64,000 nt of DNA from Dendrobates tinctorius (lineage: Eukaryota), in NCBI RefSeq assembly GCF_039654945.1, contig NW_027361827.1, positions 22,630,001 through 22,694,000 on the forward strand, given 5' to 3'. Positions 60,481 to 64,000 of the stretch are shown in pieces. The notes beneath the pieces were generated by a model. It worked only from the letters and a program-made list of their open reading frames with translations, did no database searches and was not told the origin of the DNA. Position 1 is the stretch's first letter. Every line of letters starts with the position of its first letter. Made by a program: the position numbers and the translations under genes.

Positions 60481-63400
60481 ACAGGGCCCTGGGAGAATAA
60501 GTTCAGGATATCCGGGAGAACCCAAGGGTCGGAGATGGACATTCTCCTCAACCACGAGAACCACGTCCTTCTCGGCCAGAAGGGGCTATTAATATTACCC
60601 TTGCTTTGTCCTCCCGAATCTTCCTCAGAACTGATGGAATTAAGGCTATTGGTGGAAACGGATAAGCAAGGGGGAAGTGCCAGGGGATCATGAGGGCATC
60701 CAGGGCTACCGGGTTCCCGGAGGGGTCTATGGAGCAGAATGTTTTCACCTTCCGGTTTGTCCTGTTGGCGAATAGATCTATGTTGGGTTTCCCCCATAGC
60801 TTCGTGATCTGAGTAAAAATTTCCTGATTCAACTCCCACTCCCCGTCTTAGCTGTGTGCGACTGTGCCATCACATTGTCTGCCCCTTTTATGTGTAGTGC
60901 GGTCAGTGAGCTAAGATTTTCTTCTGCGAACTGGAAAATTGATTTTGCCACTTCCCTTAGGGCACGGGATCTTGTACCCCCCTAATGGTTCAAGTAAGCA
61001 ACTACTGTGTGGTGGGACCTGAGGGAGCCCAGAAAACACAGGAGGGCGAGTTTTACCGCTAAGAGCTCCTTCATGTTTGAGGAGGCTGCTTCTTCGTCCT
61101 CCGCCAGACTCCTTGTGCTACCTGGTTGTCTAAGTGAGCCCCCCACCCCCTGGGGCTTGCATCTGTGGTAAGGACTCGAGATATTGGTAATACCCAAGGC
61201 ACCCCCCCCCCGAGATAGGGTGGATGGCTCCGTCCACCACTGCAGTGGGAGAGCCGTTTCGGGTGAGATGTCTAACCGCCCTTCTAAATCTCCGGGAAGA
61301 GAAACCTCTGCGGCCAGTATCTCCCACTGGAAATTCCTTGTGTGGGCTTGGGCCCACTGCCCAGCCAGGATGCAGGCTGTCATTGAGCCAAGCAGGGACA
61401 TGGCCTTCCTCAGAGTTGTTGCTGTGTAAGTTTTTGCCCGTCACTATCTGTTTCATGTCTATCACTTTCCCTTCTGGGAGACGGCACTCTTGTCTGAGCG
61501 AGTCTTTGGTAATGCCCAGGTACTCTTGTACTTGGCTCGGGACCATCCGAGATTTTGGCAGATTTAGCAGCCAACCTAGGCTGGTCAGTGCCTCCATAGT
61601 CCTGTTCAGCTGATCCCTGCAGTGAGAAGGGGAGTTGCCCATCACTAGAAAGTCATCCAAGTATGGTACTATAAGTACGTCCTGTTCCCTTAAATGTGCC
61701 ATGACTTCCGCTATGATTTTTGTGAAGACTCTCTGAGCGATGGCCAGCCTGAATGGGAGAGCCTTGAATTGGTAGTGCCTTATCTCCCCCCTTATAGTGA
61801 CTGCTATCCTAAGATACTGGCGGTAGTCCATGTGTATTGGGACGTGATAGTACGCATCTTTTAGATTGAGTACTGTCATGTAACAGGCTGGAAACAGCAT
61901 TTTTACTGCAGATTTTATTGTTTCCATTTTGAATGGATGGATTATCAGGCACTTGTTTAACCTTTTCAGGTTTATTATAGTCCTGAATGTCCCGTCTGGC
62001 TTCCTTCTTAGGAAGATAGTGGAATAGAAGCCTTCTCCTTTTTCCCGGTGGGGGACCTCTTGTAGCACTGATTTCTCCACCAGGGTCTGAATCTCTTGTT
62101 GGACTGCGTCTTGCTCTTCCACTGACCGTCTCTGCGGGGGTCACTACAAAAGAGGGTTTGGGTGAGGTGTGGAAATTTAATTTGAAGCCTGTTTTTACCA
62201 CATTTAAGATCCAGGAACTGTTTAATATCTTTTCCCAGGTGGGGAAGAAGTGGCCCAATCTTCCTCCTACCTGGGAGACACCTTCATTGGGGTTGTTTCT
62301 TGTCCGCTGGTTTCCCGAACATGAACCCTTTCCCTTTTCCTCTCCTGTCCTCCCACTTATCCTGGGTGTTTTTAGGCGGCTTTCTCTGGATAAATTTCCT
62401 GCTCCAAAACAGTTTGAAGGGAAAATTGGACTGGTTGGGGAAAGACTTCTTTTTATCCCCTGCTTTGTCAAGGATATCGTCCAATGTGGGGCCGAAAATG
62501 AATTCGCCTTCACAGGGGATGGAACAAAGATTGGATTTCGTCTGCAGGTCCCCCGTCCAGCATTTGAGCCAAAGTGCTCACCATGCCGCATTCAAAAATG
62601 AAGCTGCCCTGGCTGTCAGTCGGATTGAATCCGGGGATGCATCCGCCAGAAAAGCCGCCGCTCCTCTCATCAATGGGACGGAGTCTAAAATCACGCCTCT
62701 TGGGGTTTTGTTCTTCAATTGGTCCTCCAACTGATCTAACCACACCATCAAGGCTCTCGCTGTGTGGCAGCTATGGCGGATTTCAGTCCTCCTCCGGCTG
62801 CCTCCCAGGAACCTTTTAGGAATGTTTCTGATTTTGTTGTCCATGGGATCTTTTAATGTTCCCATATCCTCAAACAGCAGAGCGAATTTATTTGAGGCTT
62901 TTTCTATGGCTACATCTACCTTTCTCCCAATATGAGCAGCTTGGGTCTTCAAAGGGATATTTCCTTTTTGGGGCCAGGAGGCCCTTTTTTTTCGGCCTTT
63001 TCCATTCTCTCTGAATTAGTGCTTGGATTTTCTCGTTCATGGGGAATGATCTTTTTTTTTGTTCCAACCCGCTGAACATGGGGTCCTGGATAGTTCTTTT
63101 GGGTCTGGTGTCTACCAGCCCCATAGTGGTTCTAACTGCTTTTACTAAATTATCCGTTTCCTCAATAGGGAAACAGCTGCGACCCCCCCCCTCTTTAGAG
63201 GACGAAGTGTCGGATGCTGAACTGTCTGAGTTTGATGTTGAAGGTTCCCTCTACCCATCGCTGAGGTCTGATTCAGGGTCCCTGGTCTTAGCCTTGCTAT
63301 GCTTTTTGCTTCCTCCCTGGAGGGTTTTAACGGTGTTTTCTACCTGGTGTTTGATTAGGGCCCTAAGGTCGGGGGCGAACCTCGGAGATTCCTTACAAAT

Positions 63401-63508
63401 CGTGTGATCAATGCACGCTTGGCAGAGCCTTCTCCCCCACCCCGTGGGAAGCTCCTCTTTACAAAGTGGGCAAATCTTGTAGTTGGCCTTCTGCGTGCAC
63501 TTCTTCCC

Positions 63509-63589
63509 CTAAAAGAGAAGGCGGATAGGCCCTAGTTACAGCTTGTACATTCACGTAGTCCACTTACCCACCAGGCCGAAGAAGGATAC
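63509..63589 (-). other. Putative 81-nt spliceosomal intron in DIRS-F ORF1
   Basis: CCG|GTATCCTT...ccttctcttttAG|GGG; contains an in-frame TGA; precisely absent from copy B. Confidence 0.8.
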
Positions 63590-64000
63590 CGGATCTGGAG
63601 GGACCACCGGGTCTGCCGAAGCCTTGTCTTTTGGGGCCACTGCCCCACTGTACTCTTTGCTGCGACGGGATCCAGAGCGGCTGCTGCGTCGCTGTGGCTG
63701 GTCCTTGGTATCCTTCTTACGGCGTTGCTGCTGGTGCGGTGATTGCCGCGGCTGCCGCTGGTGTCGTGTGTCGGAGGACATATCCAGCTGCGGTTGCTCT
63801 TCTGGAGGCTCACTCATGCTCCCAGGAGATGCAGACATCTTTTGCCTGGTGATTTCTTTAAATATCGCTGCTCCCCTTCCGGCCACTGCCGCTTGGGGGA
63901 GCGTTCCCTGGGTGCACACCGCCCCTGCCTCCCCTACCCGGCACTCCGGGCTCCCAGGGATGCATTGCGCCGCACCCGGCGCCGACGTCATTCGGTCCCA

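Larger units (their letters stand above)
59082..64000 (-). mobile_element. DIRS copy F (same family as B); 5' end beyond the window
   Basis: 3' ITR 59100-59190; ICR 59334-59418; YR ORF 59350..60294 (SARR, HSTR, HY); RT with YLDD; gag with intron. Confidence 0.95.

Noticed and set aside
63509-63589. Firm call of a U12-type (minor spliceosome) intron
   Set aside because: The donor matches GTATCCTT but no U12 branch consensus is visible, so it is kept only as a possibility.
45180-64000. Upstream SMC2 exon (...GRNKYLINGVNA...NPHFLIMQ)
   Set aside because: Not found by eye; it presumably lies beyond the window. The next downstream exon was likewise not seen in 1-5589.

Overview
This is vertebrate genomic DNA, almost certainly a frog (inferred from the repeat families; the species cannot be determined). 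The window lies inside the condensin gene SMC2 on the minus strand. It holds nine internal coding exons (1,230 nt, 410 codons, from GRITKVLNMKPPE to [10 protein letters not shown]) with consistent GT-AG sites and phases. The introns are mostly transposable elements. There are six large DIRS-type tyrosine-recombinase retrotransposons from at least two families, all co-oriented with SMC2, plus one decayed antisense relic. There are also several Tc1 elements (one a single base from intact), hAT, Harbinger-like and T2/Kolobok-like MITEs, a Helitron, L1/L2 fragments, putative solo LTRs, Penelope-like remnants and a telomere-like array carried inside a MITE. The main observation is that these DIRS elements appear to carry spliceosomal introns around the start of ORF1. 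Copy F has an 81-nt GT-AG segment that interrupts ORF1 and is precisely absent from the related full-length copy B, while copies C and E share a 73-nt intron just upstream of the ORF1 ATG. Other observations include a variant hammerhead-ribozyme fold, a 72-bp fold-back made of DIRS gag sequence, and splice-signal cassettes in MITEs that are lost only on the SMC2-sense strand.
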